Assembly (NCBI RefSeq): GCF_006345805.1
Contig: NC_043018.1
Span: 10,850,001 to 10,914,000, forward strand
Reading direction: 5' to 3'
Length of the DNA stretch: 64,000 bases
Source of the DNA: Octopus sinensis
Lineage: Eukaryota
The notes beneath the pieces were generated by a model. The model saw only the letters and a program-made list of their open reading frames with translations. It ran no database searches and was not told the DNA's origin. Within the stretch, counting starts at the first letter, position 1; every line of letters begins with the position of its first letter. A program made the position numbers and the translations under genes. This document shows positions 1 to 12,860 of the stretch, piece by piece.

Positions 1-739
1 CGTTTGTCTGTCCTTGTTTGTCCCCCTCTGTGTTTAGCTCCTTGTGGGTAGTAAAGAAATAGGTATTTCGGTCGTTGCTACCTTCCGAGTTCAAATTCCG
101 CTGACGTCAACTTTGTCTTTCATCCTTTTTGGGATCGATTAAAGTACAAGTGAATTACTGGGGGTCGATGTAATCGACTAGTCTCTTCACCCAAATTCCA
201 GGCATTGTGCCTTCAGTAAAAAAGGGTTTATTATTATTATTATTTGCTAAGATGTTTCCGTAATTTTGATGAGAGAAACATCATCTCTGAACTGGTTGAA
301 CCACTTCTAATAAGCTCTGCTGTTGAAAGATTCTTTCACTTCAATGTATAAAAGACGTCAGTAAAAATATTACAAGATTTTGTTGTCTGATATCGTCTGT
401 CATCAAACTTGATACTTTTTTCCGAGTGTGTGTGCGTGTGTGTGTGTGTGTTTGCAATGTGTTGTATGTGGGCATTATTGCTTGTATGTGTCGAAATGTA
501 TGTGAGACAGGGCCTCTATCAAGCAAACGCACGCACACATTTTATATATATGTACGTGTTTAGTGTATGTGTGTGCAAGAGATATACAAATATATGTATA
601 TAAATACACATACACACACACGCACACAAATATGTACATGTATGTATATATATATATATATATGCATAATGTATACCTGTATACTTATTACACATATTTT
701 ATATATACTTATATAGATAGATACATACATACACATACA

Positions 740-790
<51 letters not shown>

Positions 791-961
791 TATATATATA
801 TATATATGCACACACACGCACACACACACACACACAGAGATATATATATATGTATATATATACACGCGTATATTTGTATGTGTGCGTTTATATAGGCGCT
901 TGTATTACGTACACACACACACACACACACAAACGCACAGACACACACACACAAACGCACA

Positions 962-997
<36 letters not shown>

Positions 998-1143
998 ATA
1001 CGCTACCAGTAAAGATAGATACTCTAAAGAAACAGTGAACCTCCAAATGTGACACTGACGAGACAACTTTCGCGCCACAAAGACATTCTGATCGTCTGCA
1101 ATTATTGAATTTAGATTTGCACGGGGGTGGGGGTGTACGAAAT

Positions 1144-1577
1144 CGCTCTCTCTCTCCCTCTCTCTCCTCTCTCTCTCTCTCCCCTCTCTCTCTCCCCCTC
1201 TCTCTCTCCTCCTCTCTCTCCCCCTCTCTCTCCCCTCTCTCTCTCCCCTCTCTCTCTCCTCCCCTCTCTCTCTCCTCCCCTCTCTCTCTCCCTCTCTCTC
1301 TCTCTCCCCACTCTCTCTCTCTCCTCCCCTCTCTCTCCCCCCTCTCTCTCTCTCTCCCCCACCCTCTCTCTCCCCTCTCCCTCTCTCCCCTCTCTCTCCC
1401 CCTCTCTCTCTCCCTCTCTCCCCCTCTCTCCCCTCTCTCTCTCCCACTTTCTCTCTCCCCCTCTCTCTTTCTCTCTCCAACTTCTCACTGGATATTTGTT
1501 TCTATCATACATACACTCACATTTATCTATCTGTCTGTCTGTCTGTCTGTCTATCAGTCTGTCTGTCTGTCTGTCTA

Positions 1578-1656
<79 letters not shown>

Positions 1657-1882
1657 GTCTGTCTGTCTCTGCCTGCCTATCTATCTGTCTGCCTGCCTGT
1701 CTGTCTGTCTATCTATCTGTCTGTCTATCTGTCTGTCTGTCTGCCTGTCTGCCTGTCTGCCTGTCTGTCTGTCTGTCTATCTATCTGTCTACCTGTCTGT
1801 CTATCCGTCTGTCTGTCTCTCAGTCTGTCTGTCTATCCGTCTGTCTGTCTGTCTCTCAGTCTGTCTGTCTGTCTGTCTGTCT
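1144..1882. repeat. (CT/CCCT)-rich tract 1144-1478 and (TCTG)n tract 1524-1882
   Basis: Direct inspection. Confidence 0.97.
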
Positions 1883-2220
1883 ACGCAAATACAAATACAC
1901 ACAAATGCCAATGTATCAAAAACCTTGGTGCTTGAGTTACTCTTCAGCCAGATTCTAATTACATATATTCTTTTATTCTTTTACTTGTTTCAGTCATTTG
2001 ACTACGGCCATGCTGGAGCATCGCCTCAAAGGTTTTTTTTTTAGTCAAAGAAAGCTACCCTAAGACTTACTTTTTAAAAGCCTAGTACTATTCTCTTTTG
2101 CCGCTAAGTTACGGGGACATAAATACACCAGCACCGGTTGTCAAGCGGTGATGGGGAGAGCAAACACAGACACACAAACACATATATACACACACACACA
2201 CAGATATATATATATATATA

Positions 2221-2392
2221 TTGGTAAAAACGGTAAGATAACAAAAGAAAGAAAGAGACCTCAATATTATGTAAATAGAGGAAATAGAGTTGGTCAGATA
2301 TCCGAAGAGATGGTGTTGTGGATTTCCACCTCGGCATCCGAAACTCAGAGTTTTATCTTGGCTATTGAATAATTGTCACATATTATTTTACA
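2221..2392. mobile_element. PLE-like end remnant with degenerate hammerhead (core and stem III as in P2)
   Basis: 2296-2358 reads AGATAT-CCGAAGA-GATG...CATC-C-GAAA-CTC-A-GAG-TT-TTATCT. Segment 2221-2283 recurs inverted at 62611-62673. (TA)n lies on both sides. Confidence 0.55.
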
Positions 2393-2410
2393 GATATATA
2401 TATATATATA

Positions 2411-2690
2411 TACACACAAAATAAGAAAATGGAGGAATAGATTTCTTTCAATCATCAACTTCCAGATAATACCAATTCATATAATTTATTAACTAATTAA
2501 ATAGGAACATCCAAATCCAACAGAGTAAAACAGAATAAAACAATACACATCAATAAGTAAGATAATACTATAAAAATAATACATATAAAAGGGATCTTAC
2601 AGCTGTTTCAGCCTGTAGATGAGGGTATCTCATTATGCCTATATTAGTCAGATGTATTAAGGTAATATGCAGTTAAAAATGAGTTACTTA
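2411..2690 (-). mobile_element. PLE-like end remnant, decayed hammerhead
   Basis: Minus strand keeps GAAA-CAGCTG-TA (palindromic stem III ACAGCTGT plus GUA) followed by an AT-rich tail ending in (TA)n. The core is degenerate (CTGACTA). Confidence 0.4.
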
Positions 2691-3005
2691 TATGTGTGTG
2701 TGTATTTATGGCAATCGGTGTTGGTGTGTTTACGTCCCTGTAAATTCGCAGTTCGCCAAAAGGTGACCGATAAAATATGTACCAGGCTTTAAAAAAAAAT
2801 AAGTACTAGGTTCGGCACGTTTGACTAAAATTATTGAAAGCGGTGCCCCAGCATGACCGCAGTCTCATTACTGAAACTAGTAAAATTTATAAGAGACAAA
2901 GAGATATACTTCTAGAGGGGTATTGAGTACTATTTTTGTACTTTCGTTTCTACACATAGTCATACTCACACACACACAACACACACCACACACACACACA
3001 CACAC

Positions 3006-3061
<56 letters not shown>

Positions 3062-3366
3062 AACACATACTTGTACACATTTCATATACAACTTACTACT
3101 ACGGGACGATCCATTTTTTAGCTGTCGACTGAAAATCATTAAGATTTCGACACTTTCTGGCAACATGGCCTCACCGCCAGTATTTAAAAGGGGTGTGTAG
3201 AAGAGGGAGGAACGGCAGGCTGTTCTTCAATATAACAGTATGCAACCTCCCACCTCAAAAGACATTGAAGTTATAATGGTGGAGTGTCATTTCGTCACCA
3301 TTTTGAATTAGCGTTGACATATTGTCGTGAAGCTCTTTATGGTCCCGTCTTTCACACTTCGTACCT

Positions 3367-3401
<35 letters not shown>

Positions 3402-4339
3402 AGTGTACACACACACACACAACAACACACACACATACAACACACACACACAAACACACACACATGTATACACATATATTTATAAATATATATACGGGTA
3501 TATGTATATGTTCGTGCGTGTGTGAGTGTGTGTGTATGTGTGTGTGTGTTGTGTGTGTGTGTGTTGTGTGTGTGTGTGTTTGTTGTGTGTGTGTGTGTTG
3601 TGTGTGTGTGAGTGTGTGTTTGTTGTGGTGTGTGTGTGTGTTGTGTTGTGTGTGTGTGTGAATGTGTGTTTGTTGTGTGTTGTGTGTGTGTGTGTTTGTT
3701 GTGTGTGTGTGTGAATGTGTGTTTGTTGTGTGTTGTGCGTGTGTGAATGTATGTTTGTTGTGTGTGTGTGTGTGTGTTTGTTGTGTGTTGTGCGTGTGTG
3801 CGTGTTTGTGTGTGTGTGTGTGTGTGTGTTTCTGTTTTCAGTTAGAAATGTAGAATTTGGCAACCAGCTTTTCTTTCCTTGGACTCGTGCCAAACCGTAT
3901 TCTGTATCGTATTGACGTAAATATCTGGTTATTTTCGTCTGGTTGAAGGCATTCTTTCACAGAAAACCCACAGCAACCCAAGTAAACACCTAAGATTTCT
4001 TGTGCATTTGTTACTGCTGGTTCAGGAGTTTCGTGTTTGGAACCTTTGGAAAAAGAGGCAGTTTTTTGGAGACAAGGAAGAATGAATATAGGGATTATGG
4101 GGCGATGATAATGGCGTTTATGAACTTAAATAACAAAAGACCTTATGACGTCATTTAGTGTAACGTGAATGATTGAGAAACGACGTATTTTGTTTACCTA
4201 ACGTGTGTGTGGTGTGTGTGTGTGTGTGAGTGCGCGCATGCGTGCTGTATGCATGTTTTTCTGCGAAACTCTCGACGTGTTGAAAACATTGTATTTTTTC
4301 GGTGGGGGGGAGGAGTGATTTTTGTCAATAATTTCTTCA

Positions 4340-4388
4340 CTTTATTATTATTATCATTACTATTATCATTATTATTATCATCATTATT

Positions 4389-4420
<32 letters not shown>

Positions 4421-4446
4421 CATCATTATTATTATTATTATTATCA

Positions 4447-4480
<34 letters not shown>

Positions 4481-4545
4481 CATTATTATTATCATTATTA
4501 TCATTATTATTATTATTATTATTATTATCATTATTATTATTATTA

Positions 4546-4588
<43 letters not shown>

Positions 4589-4899
4589 CATTATTATTAT
4601 TATTATCATTATTATTATCATTATTATTATCATTAGAATTATTATTATTATTATTATCATTATTATTATCATTATTATCATTATTATTATTATTATCATT
4701 ATTATTATAATTATTATCATTATTATTATCATTATTATTATTATCATTATTATCATTATTATTATCATTATTATTATTATTATTATTATTATCATTATTA
4801 TCATTATTATTATTATTATCATTATTATTATCATTATTATTATCATTATTATTATTATTATTATCATTATTATCATTATTATTATCATTATTATTATTA

Positions 4900-4933
<34 letters not shown>

Positions 4934-5113
4934 CATTATTATTATTATTATCATCATTATTATTATTATCATTATTATTATTATTATTATTATCATTATT
5001 ATTATTATCATTATTATTATTATTATCATTATTATTATCATTATTATTATATCATTATTATTATATTATATTATTATCATTATTATTTTATTATCATTAT
5101 TATTTCATTATTA

Positions 5114-5168
<55 letters not shown>

Positions 5169-5177
5169 TGTTATTAT
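4340..5177. repeat. Very long (ATT)n/(ATC) trinucleotide array, about 840 bp
   Basis: Direct inspection; it explains the poly-L, poly-I and poly-Y/H ORFs. Confidence 0.98.
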
Positions 5178-5553
5178 TATGACGCCACCGAGATCGACTT
5201 TGCCTTTCATCCTTTCAGAGTCGATAAAATGAGTACCAGTTACACACTGGGTTCGATGGAATCGACTTAATCCCTTCCCCAAAATTTGAGACCTTGTGCT
5301 TCCAGTAGAAAGGATTATTATTATTATTGTTATTATTATTATTACGAAGAAGGTGAACTAGCAGAATCGTTCGCACGCCGGACAAAATGCCGTTCATCCT
5401 TTTGGAGTCGATTAAATAAATACCAGTTACGCACTGGGGTCGATGTAATCGACTTAATCCCTTCTCCAAGTTGCCCTTGTGGCAAAACTGGAAATCATCA
5501 TCATCATCATGATTATTATTATTCAACAAGATTAATTAACCATTTAATGAATG

Positions 5554-5968
5554 GGATTTTTTCGGTTTGAACGGCAGTTTTTAACATAATTTCTACGTAA
5601 CTAAACACTTTTAAACTTCGTATACTGGTAGAATGTGTTTATAAAACATCTTTTTCTCTTGGCTTTATTGAGAAAATTCTATAGTTTGTAAGATATTTGT
5701 TGTTTTTTTTCCTCAATTTCTGCAATTTCAACCAATCAATGACGTCTATTGAGGTGAAAACATTCTGTGCCGTATGAATATTCCCTCGTTTAAGAAACAG
5801 ATTGGGTTTATTTACATTTGTGAAGAAAAAAAGATACCCTTCCCCCCACCCCTAACCCTAACCCTAAAACAGATTGAAATGCAATAGATCGATACTAGGG
5901 TCATAATTATGGGTGACAATTTCATATGACACCGCGAGAAAAAACTGCCATTCAAACCGAAAATATCC
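5554..5968 (+). mobile_element. Merlin-like MITE family M1, copy 1
   Basis: Approximately 29-bp TIRs (consensus GGATCTTTTCGGTTTGAACGGCAGTTTTT) and internal CCCTAA repeats. Flanked by TAATTAACCATTTAATGAAT at 5533-5552 and 5969-5988; one further G (5553) abuts the left TIR. Confidence 0.9.
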
Positions 5969-6794
5969 TAATTAACCATTTAATGAATTGTTTGACTCAC
6001 AAAACGTACAGCATCCACACACACACACACACATACATCACCATCGCCACTACCATCACCATCATCGTCGCCGTCCACCAGACGTTTGCCAATTCTTCCT
6101 CACACTGATTCTTATTTTGCATTAAGTTTTGCGTGTGTATGTGTGTGTGTCTGTGTTTCTGTGTGTGCAAACATGTACATATATGAATGTATGTATGCGT
6201 GGGTGCGTGTGTGTGTGTGTGTGTGTGCGCGCATAATACATATACACAAGACAACTCACATATTCACAACAACTGCAACAACAACAATAACAGCAGCAGC
6301 AACAGCAACACTAACAATTAAAACTTGTTGTATACACACTCCAGTTACTTTCACTGCAGATCCTGATACAACAATTAAGTTAGGAGCAGGAAGACGTCTG
6401 GGTGAAGGTTGAGGGGGGTTGCGAGTAGTGTGTGTGTATGTGTGTGTGTGTGTGTGTGAGTTTGTGTGTGTGTATGTGTGTGTGTGTGTGTGTGAGTTTG
6501 TGTGTGCGTATGTTCGTACGTCTCTGTGTCTCTCTCTCCCCTCTGTCTCTATCTCTCTGAATAAATGTTTGTATCTGTGTGTATGTATGTGTACATGCGT
6601 GCATGCCTAAATACATACATGCATGCATACATACACACACACACACACATATCGAATCTGAAGCTTCAAACTTTGTAACTTCTTGTTTACATTCAAGTCA
6701 TTTCGAAAACACACTTATACACCCAAATAAATGCATGCATACACCCACAATATACACACATACACGCGCACACACACTAATAACCATCTGTAAC

Positions 6795-6826
<32 letters not shown>

Positions 6827-6827
<1 letters not shown>

Positions 6828-7221
6828 TAGCAGTATCGCCCGGCGTTGCTCGGGTTGTAAGGGAAATAACTATATAAGCATTTTTAGAGATGTAAAGTAT
6901 AATAGCCATCTCAATATGGCTAACCACAAAGGGGGGGGGGGGTTACTGTGGCTTTTTACGTTCTGAGATAATAATAAATTTTAGAGAGTTACTTCCCTTA
7001 TATATGCCAAAAATGCATTAAAATTGGGAAAAATTGATGGTAAATTTTTTTTTAAATCGTAGACTCATCGTAGACGCGCGCTAATACCCAGAAGGGCTCG
7101 ATATGAATCACGACTATAAGATACCCGGTTTTGGTTAGACTGCACCGCAAAATGTGGGAGTAGTTAGGAATCTAAATCGTAGGAGACAGACAGCACACAA
7201 CCTCACTTTTATATATAAAGA
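6827..7221 (-). mobile_element. Non-autonomous Helitron (family H1)
   Basis: Minus strand A|TCTTTATATATAAAAG...CCCGAGCAACGCCGGG-CGATACTGCTAG|T: TC start, GC-rich hairpin, CTAG end, A|T target, no TSD. Confidence 0.85.
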
Positions 7222-7500
7222 TATATATATATGTATGTGTGTGTACAATTATATATATATGCATATATGTGTACACACACACACACACATTTTTTTCCGT
7301 TTCGAAGGGGATGTTTTCAAATTTTTTTATCGCACAATTTGCAAATTACGGGAGAAACTTTTTATGAAAACAAATCTTTGAAAATTTATGATTCTTCCCT
7401 CTCAATTTCCGACCCGATTTTGACCATTTGCTTTTTACTCCGCACTTAAAAACGCTGGGACAGGCCTTAACGGTTAAAAAAATAATTTTGGGGGATTCTC

Positions 7501-7945
7501 GGATCTTTTCGGTTTGATCGGCAGTTTTTAACATAATTTCCACGTAACTAAAAAATTTTAAACTTCGTATACTGGTAGAATGTGTTTATAAAACATCTTT
7601 TTCTCTCGGCTTTATTGAGAAAATTCTATATAGTTTGTAAGATATGTGTTGTTTTTTTTTTCTTCTTCAATTTCTGCAATTTCAACCAATCAATGACGTC
7701 TATTGAGGTGAAAACATTCTGTGCCGTATGAATATGTCCCTCGTTTGAGAAACAGATTGGGTTTATTTACATTTGTGAAGAAAAAAGATACCCTTCCCCC
7801 CACCCCTAACCCTAACCCTAACTCTAATCCTAATCCTAAAACAGATTGAAATGCAATGCAATAGATCGATACTAGGGACATAATTATGGATGAAAATTTC
7901 ATATGACACCGCTAGAAAAAACTGCCGTTCAAACCGAAAAGATCC
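7501..7945 (+). mobile_element. Merlin-like MITE M1, copy 2
   Basis: Both TIRs present. Flanked by a 118-bp imperfect direct duplication (7383-7500 and 7946-8063). Confidence 0.9.
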
Positions 7946-8239
7946 AATTTATGATTCTTCCCTCTCAATTTCCGACCCGATTTTGACCATTTTTTTTTTA
8001 TCCGCACTTAAAAACGCTGGGACAGGTCCTAACGGTTAAAAAAAATAATTTGGGGGGATTCTCTGATCACCATTACAATCTTCACTTTATTTTCAAACAG
8101 AAAATGAAAAATTTCATTAACCCCTTTTCCACCCCCTATAAATCTTAAAATTTGGGGGATTTTCGAAATTCTTTTATATCATAGGTATACTATGAATCTG
8201 CAATTTGGTTTCTGTTTATAATTTTTACATGATTTTCAG

Positions 8240-8385
8240 ACGGACAAGTGTGTGATCTCAGAATGATTTGGCTGTTGTTTCTAGTACATCTCACGACCAC
8301 CTGCTACCTTCAACCTTTCTTTGTCACCTGTATTGATGTGTTTAAATATTTTTGTCCCCATGAAGACATTTTATGGATTGATGAT
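8240..8385 (+). CDS. Weak candidate exon (GQVCDLRMIWLLFLVHLTTTCYLQ...ILWIDD)
   Basis: GATTTTCAG| acceptor and GAT|GTATGT donor, a single open frame, and a hydrophobic MIWLLFLVHL stretch. Could equally be old repeat sequence. Confidence 0.25.
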
Positions 8386-10029
8386 GTATGTGTTGGTACA
8401 CTACTAGGATTTAAACAACAACAAAAAATTTTTGTAGTTTAAATCTTATATCCGCACCTCATATCAAGCGAGTCCGTGTGTGTGTGTGTGTGTGTGTAAG
8501 AAAAACATATTTACTCACAGTGAAGTATGCTATTAAATTAGATTATCTTTTACATAGAGGTAGGAGTGTCTGTGTGGTAAGTAGCTTGCTAACAAAACAC
8601 ATGGTTTCGGGTTCACTGGATGCTGTTGTCTAACGAAGTTTTCATATTTTGTCGTCAAAAGCACGAAACAGGTGGTAATAAACAGTCGACAACTGAGGAG
8701 GAGTCAGAATTCTTTTGCTATTTTGTCCTCTACTTGTCTCGTTGTGTGTTTACGTCTTTTTCTCTCGTTGGTGATGTCCTGTGCTTAATGTGTATTTTTT
8801 ATACCCCCCACCATCGCTTGACAACCGATATTGGTGTGTTTACGTCCCCGTAATCTAGCAGTTCAGCAAAAGAGACCAATAGAACAAGTACTAGGCTTAC
8901 AAAGAATAAGTCCTGGGGCCGATTTGCTCGACTAAAGTCGGTGCTCCAGCTGAAACAAATAGAAGAATATATACACATATATACATCCACACATAATAGA
9001 GAGAGAGAGAGTTCTTGGGGCTAGGCACTGGCTTCTAGAAACGGCCCATGCACAGTATAGGTGTTTATGTAACTGTCTCTGCAACACCGTCAATCAACAA
9101 GAAAACGGTCGATCATATAAGAAACATTTCTGACGTTTCTCTCAGAACAATGGTACAATGCTACTAACAAGTAGAACATACTAATTTAATAACCAATGTT
9201 GTGGTTCCAACCTTGTTTGGTCTCAACATTATCATGGCATTTGTTAGACAACTTCGAGGATTTGTTTTAGAACAGAGCTAATATGAAATTCGTATGCAGT
9301 GTGTTGCATAATTTTTGCTTAACACACATTCTAATCCACCAGATGATATATTTTGTGTGTAGGTGTACACGCATGTTTGACATGTATGTATGTATATATG
9401 TATGTATGTATATATACGTATATGTGTGTATATGCATGTATGTACGTCTGTATATATGTATCTATATCTATCTACCTATTTATCTGTCTGTCTGTCTCTG
9501 TCTCTGTCTCTGTCTCTGTCTCTGTCTCTCTCTCTATATATATATATGTATGTATGTATGTATGTGTGCGTGTGTGTGTGTGTATTTATATATATGACAG
9601 TTTGTAAAAAAACTTTAAAAAACTCGGAGGAATTAGTTTGCCGTGACAAAAGTAAAGATTAACGTTTTGAGCAGATTTTTTTTTTCGGTAGTTTACTGAA
9701 ATATGGCAAACTAGTTTATTCCAATTTGCATATTTGCCAACATCTTCTACTTAACACTTTGCCGAGCGAGTCTTTCGTCCGCCCGCTTTCTCGAGTTTCT
9801 GCAGTTTCATTTTGATATCGAAACAGTTACAGTGAAAAAAGAACAGTAGCGTTTCTTTACCGTATTTATTCTGAAGCTGGTCAGAATAACCACGATGATT
9901 CCTGGTGAATTGGGAATCTGAGACATTCTTTGCATCGTTCCTTGGGCTTTTAACTCGTGACACAGCCGTAGGGTCGTCTCCTGACATACAGCCTGTCTTG
10001 GGCATTTTCCAGCTTATTATTGCTGTTGT

Positions 10030-10215
10030 AGTTGTGGTTGTTGTTATTGTTGCTGCTGCTGCTGTTGTTGTTTGAAGGAGAAGAAGAAGAAGAAGAAGAA
10101 GAAGAAGAAGAAGAAGAAGAGAAGAAGAAGAAGAAGAAGAAGAAGATGAAGACGAAGAAGACGAAGAAGAAGAAGAAGAAGAAGAAGAAGAAGAAGAAGA
10201 AGAAGAAGAAGAAGA
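10030..10215. repeat. Compound (GTT)(GCT)(GAA)n microsatellite
   Basis: Direct inspection. Confidence 0.97.
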
Positions 10216-10719
10216 ATTCCTTTATTGGCCACAAGGGCCGCACACAAACAAAGGATGACAAAACACAAAGAACAGTCGAGATTTACATATAGTACGCATA
10301 AAGAGTAAAAAAATTATAACACTTGTATTGTAAAAGAGAAGCGGATCTCCGTCTGCCTGTCTGTCACATCTTTTAAAGGGAGGGAAAGAAGAGGAGGAAT
10401 CAAAATGTACGTCACACCGTATATTTAGAAAAAGGAGAGGAGAATAGTTGTTGAGAGAGAAATACAGTGTGTGAGCAAGGGAATGTGTGTGAGTGTGTGC
10501 GTGATAGATTAGATAGATAGATAGATAGATTGTTAAGTTGGTAGGTAGGTAGATAGTTTTGTTACCGTAGTAACAAATTTTGATTGAAAACGCGAGGATT
10601 TATGTGCAAGTCTGTCAACACAAGGCAACACAACTTTAAAACATGACTTTCTTTGTATAACAATATAGTTATTTGTTGGATGTTTGTGTCTATGCATTTC
10701 TTTATGTCTTTCAACATAG

Positions 10720-10941
10720 AGACAACGCAATGCAGCACCGACCGCATTGCTCGACTGGGTGAGAACTGTGAGCGCTTGCCGACACTCCAGGTGCCAAGCG
10801 CCCCATCTCAGAACTGTGACTCTGTCAATGAGACGAGCTACGGAAAATCCTGTGCGACAAATGGTGACCACACCTACTCACCGCCAAGGAAGAGCTGGAG
10901 ATGTCGTAGCCTCAGCGCGTGTCTGTGCATCATCATCCACG
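10720..10941 (+). CDS. Candidate internal exon of an unidentified host gene (222 bp)
   Basis: GC-rich unique island bounded by TCTTTCAACATAG| and CACG|GTATAC; length divisible by 3; two plus frames open (TTQCSTDRIARLGENCE...SACLCIIIH or RQRNAAPTALLDWV...CASSST). No recognisable domain. Confidence 0.4.
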
Positions 10942-11084
10942 GTATACCCAGCCCTCCATTCAGACTACGGCATGTACTTGCATTGCTTCAAACTACGTTT
11001 CCTTTCTTCACTGTTTGATGGCTTCCTGTGTCCTCTTTCCCTTCTATCATTCCTTTTCGCCTATAAACCACACTCAGCTCATTA

Positions 11085-11493
11085 TTTTACTCTTTTACTC
11101 TTTTACTTGTTTCAGTCATTTGACTGCAGCCATGCTGGAGCACCGCCTCCAGTCGAGCAAATCGACCCCAGGACTTATTCTTTGTAAGCCTAGTACTTAT
11201 TCTATTGGTCTCTTTTGCCGAACCGCTAAGTAACGGGGACGTAAACACACCAGCATTGGTTGTCAAGCAATGCTAGGGGGACAAACACACTCACACAAGC
11301 ACACACATACATATATATATATATACATATATACGACAGGCTTCTTTCAGTTCCCGTCTACCAAATCCACTCACAAGGCTTTGGTCGGCCCGGGGCTATA
11401 GCAGAGGACACTTGCCCAAGATGCCACGCAGTGGGACTGAACCCAGAACCATGTGGTTGGTTAGCAAGCTACTTACCACACAGCCACTCCTGT
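11085..11493 (-). mobile_element. SINE family A, full length (tRNA-like head, CORE-like TTGGGCAAGTGTC block, internal TA/TG microsatellite, (AAAAGAGT)n tail)
   Basis: Head GCAGGAGTGGCTGTGTGGTAAG...GGTTCAGTCCC has Pol III box A/B-like motifs; about 30 whole or partial copies are in the window. Confidence 0.92.
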
Positions 11494-12421
11494 ATATTTT
11501 TTAATCTCTGTTCGCAAAAAGCATTTGTTATTCTCATCTTTGCAGTTTAATACTTTAAAATCTGGCTGGTAGGATGTTGGATATATTTGAAGGGGAAAAT
11601 AGTGCTGAAAATGAGTGCTATGGCAAGAGCTGCGTATAGTAGTTTTGGAGGCCGTCACTTGGTTAGGGAGTCGCAATTTGGTTATTGTTAGCATAGATGC
11701 TTCCTTAGAAAGATTTTCTCCACTTCCTTTTATTGTTGCTTAGACAGAGGAGAAAGGACAGCGTTCATGATCCCTTTTTAGGGATCCAATGACTTATTGG
11801 AAGGACGGACGGAAAGAAGGAAGGAAGGAGAGAAGGAAATTTGGGTCTAATGTTTGCATGACATTGGATTCCGCTAAGGACGTCCCTAAGTAAGAATTAA
11901 AAAAAAGTCACAGAAAAAATTTCACTGGGAAAAAAAAATCCCAAATCACTGGAGGAAAGCATTCTTTTTTGGATAAAGATTTTATTTTTCATATGTCTAA
12001 TCTTTTCTCTTATAGGCACAAGGCCTGAGATTGTTTCGAAGAGAGATAGTCGACTACATCGGTTGACCGGTCCTCTTTTCATTGACCCCTAAAGGATGAA
12101 AGGCAAAATCGACCTTGGCAGAATTTGAACTTAGAACGTAAATACGGACGAAATACAGCCAAGCATTTCGCTAGGCGTGCTAACGATTCTGCCAGCTCCG
12201 CCGCCTTATTTTTCGCATGTATAGATTATGTAGATTACATATAAAGATTATGTAGAAGTTACGTAGAGTCAGTTAATAACTGATTTAAAATACTTCATTG
12301 TTTCAATTGTTTGTTGTCTTTCAATAAAATGTGACTTTTTTCCAGACTAAAATTATGATGTCTTATGGGACTTGTTTTCCGGACATCCTTCGTAGGGGTG
12401 TTTAAATTTAAAGGAGCTGAC

Positions 12422-12452
<31 letters not shown>

Positions 12453-12860
12453 TAATAATAATAATATAATAATAATAATAATAATAATGATGAGACTGCT
12501 GGATAAGGACTAATTTAGAACTACACAACGACGACAGGACTGGGTAAAGATTAGCCTGGGATTAAACAACAGCACCAAGACCCCTTGATAAGGGTCTGGA
12601 CAGGAACTGCACAACAAGAATAACAGCAACAACAATAATAATGAATCTTTCTTCTACTATAGGCGCAAGGCCTGCAATTTTCGTAGGTGGTGGCTAGTGG
12701 ATTGCATCGACCCCTGGTGCCGAACTGGTCACTTATTTCGTCGTTTCTGAAACGATAAAAGACAAAGTCGATATCGGAGGAATTTGAACTCAGAATGTAA
12801 AGACGGAAGAAACGACGCTAAACATTTTGTCCGACATGCTAGCGTTTCTGCCAATGCCCT

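Noticed and set aside
3850-4330. CRE-like sites (TGACGTAA 3913, TGACGTCA 4146) as an enhancer
   Set aside because: Two 8-mers in about 500 bp are not enough without conservation or chromatin data.
7800-7840. True telomere or chromosome-fusion scar
   Set aside because: The CCCTAA runs are only a few units long and always internal to MITEs.
8360-8410. LWIDDVCVG resembling the GT31 galactosyltransferase 'IDDVYV.G' motif
   Set aside because: No other GT31 motifs lie upstream, the ORF is only 64 aa, and the match coincides with a possible splice donor.
9751-10005. Minus-strand ORF MPKTGCMSGDDP... with a TACG|GTAAAG donor
   Set aside because: It begins directly after a microsatellite, has no acceptor or promoter evidence and no recognisable homology.
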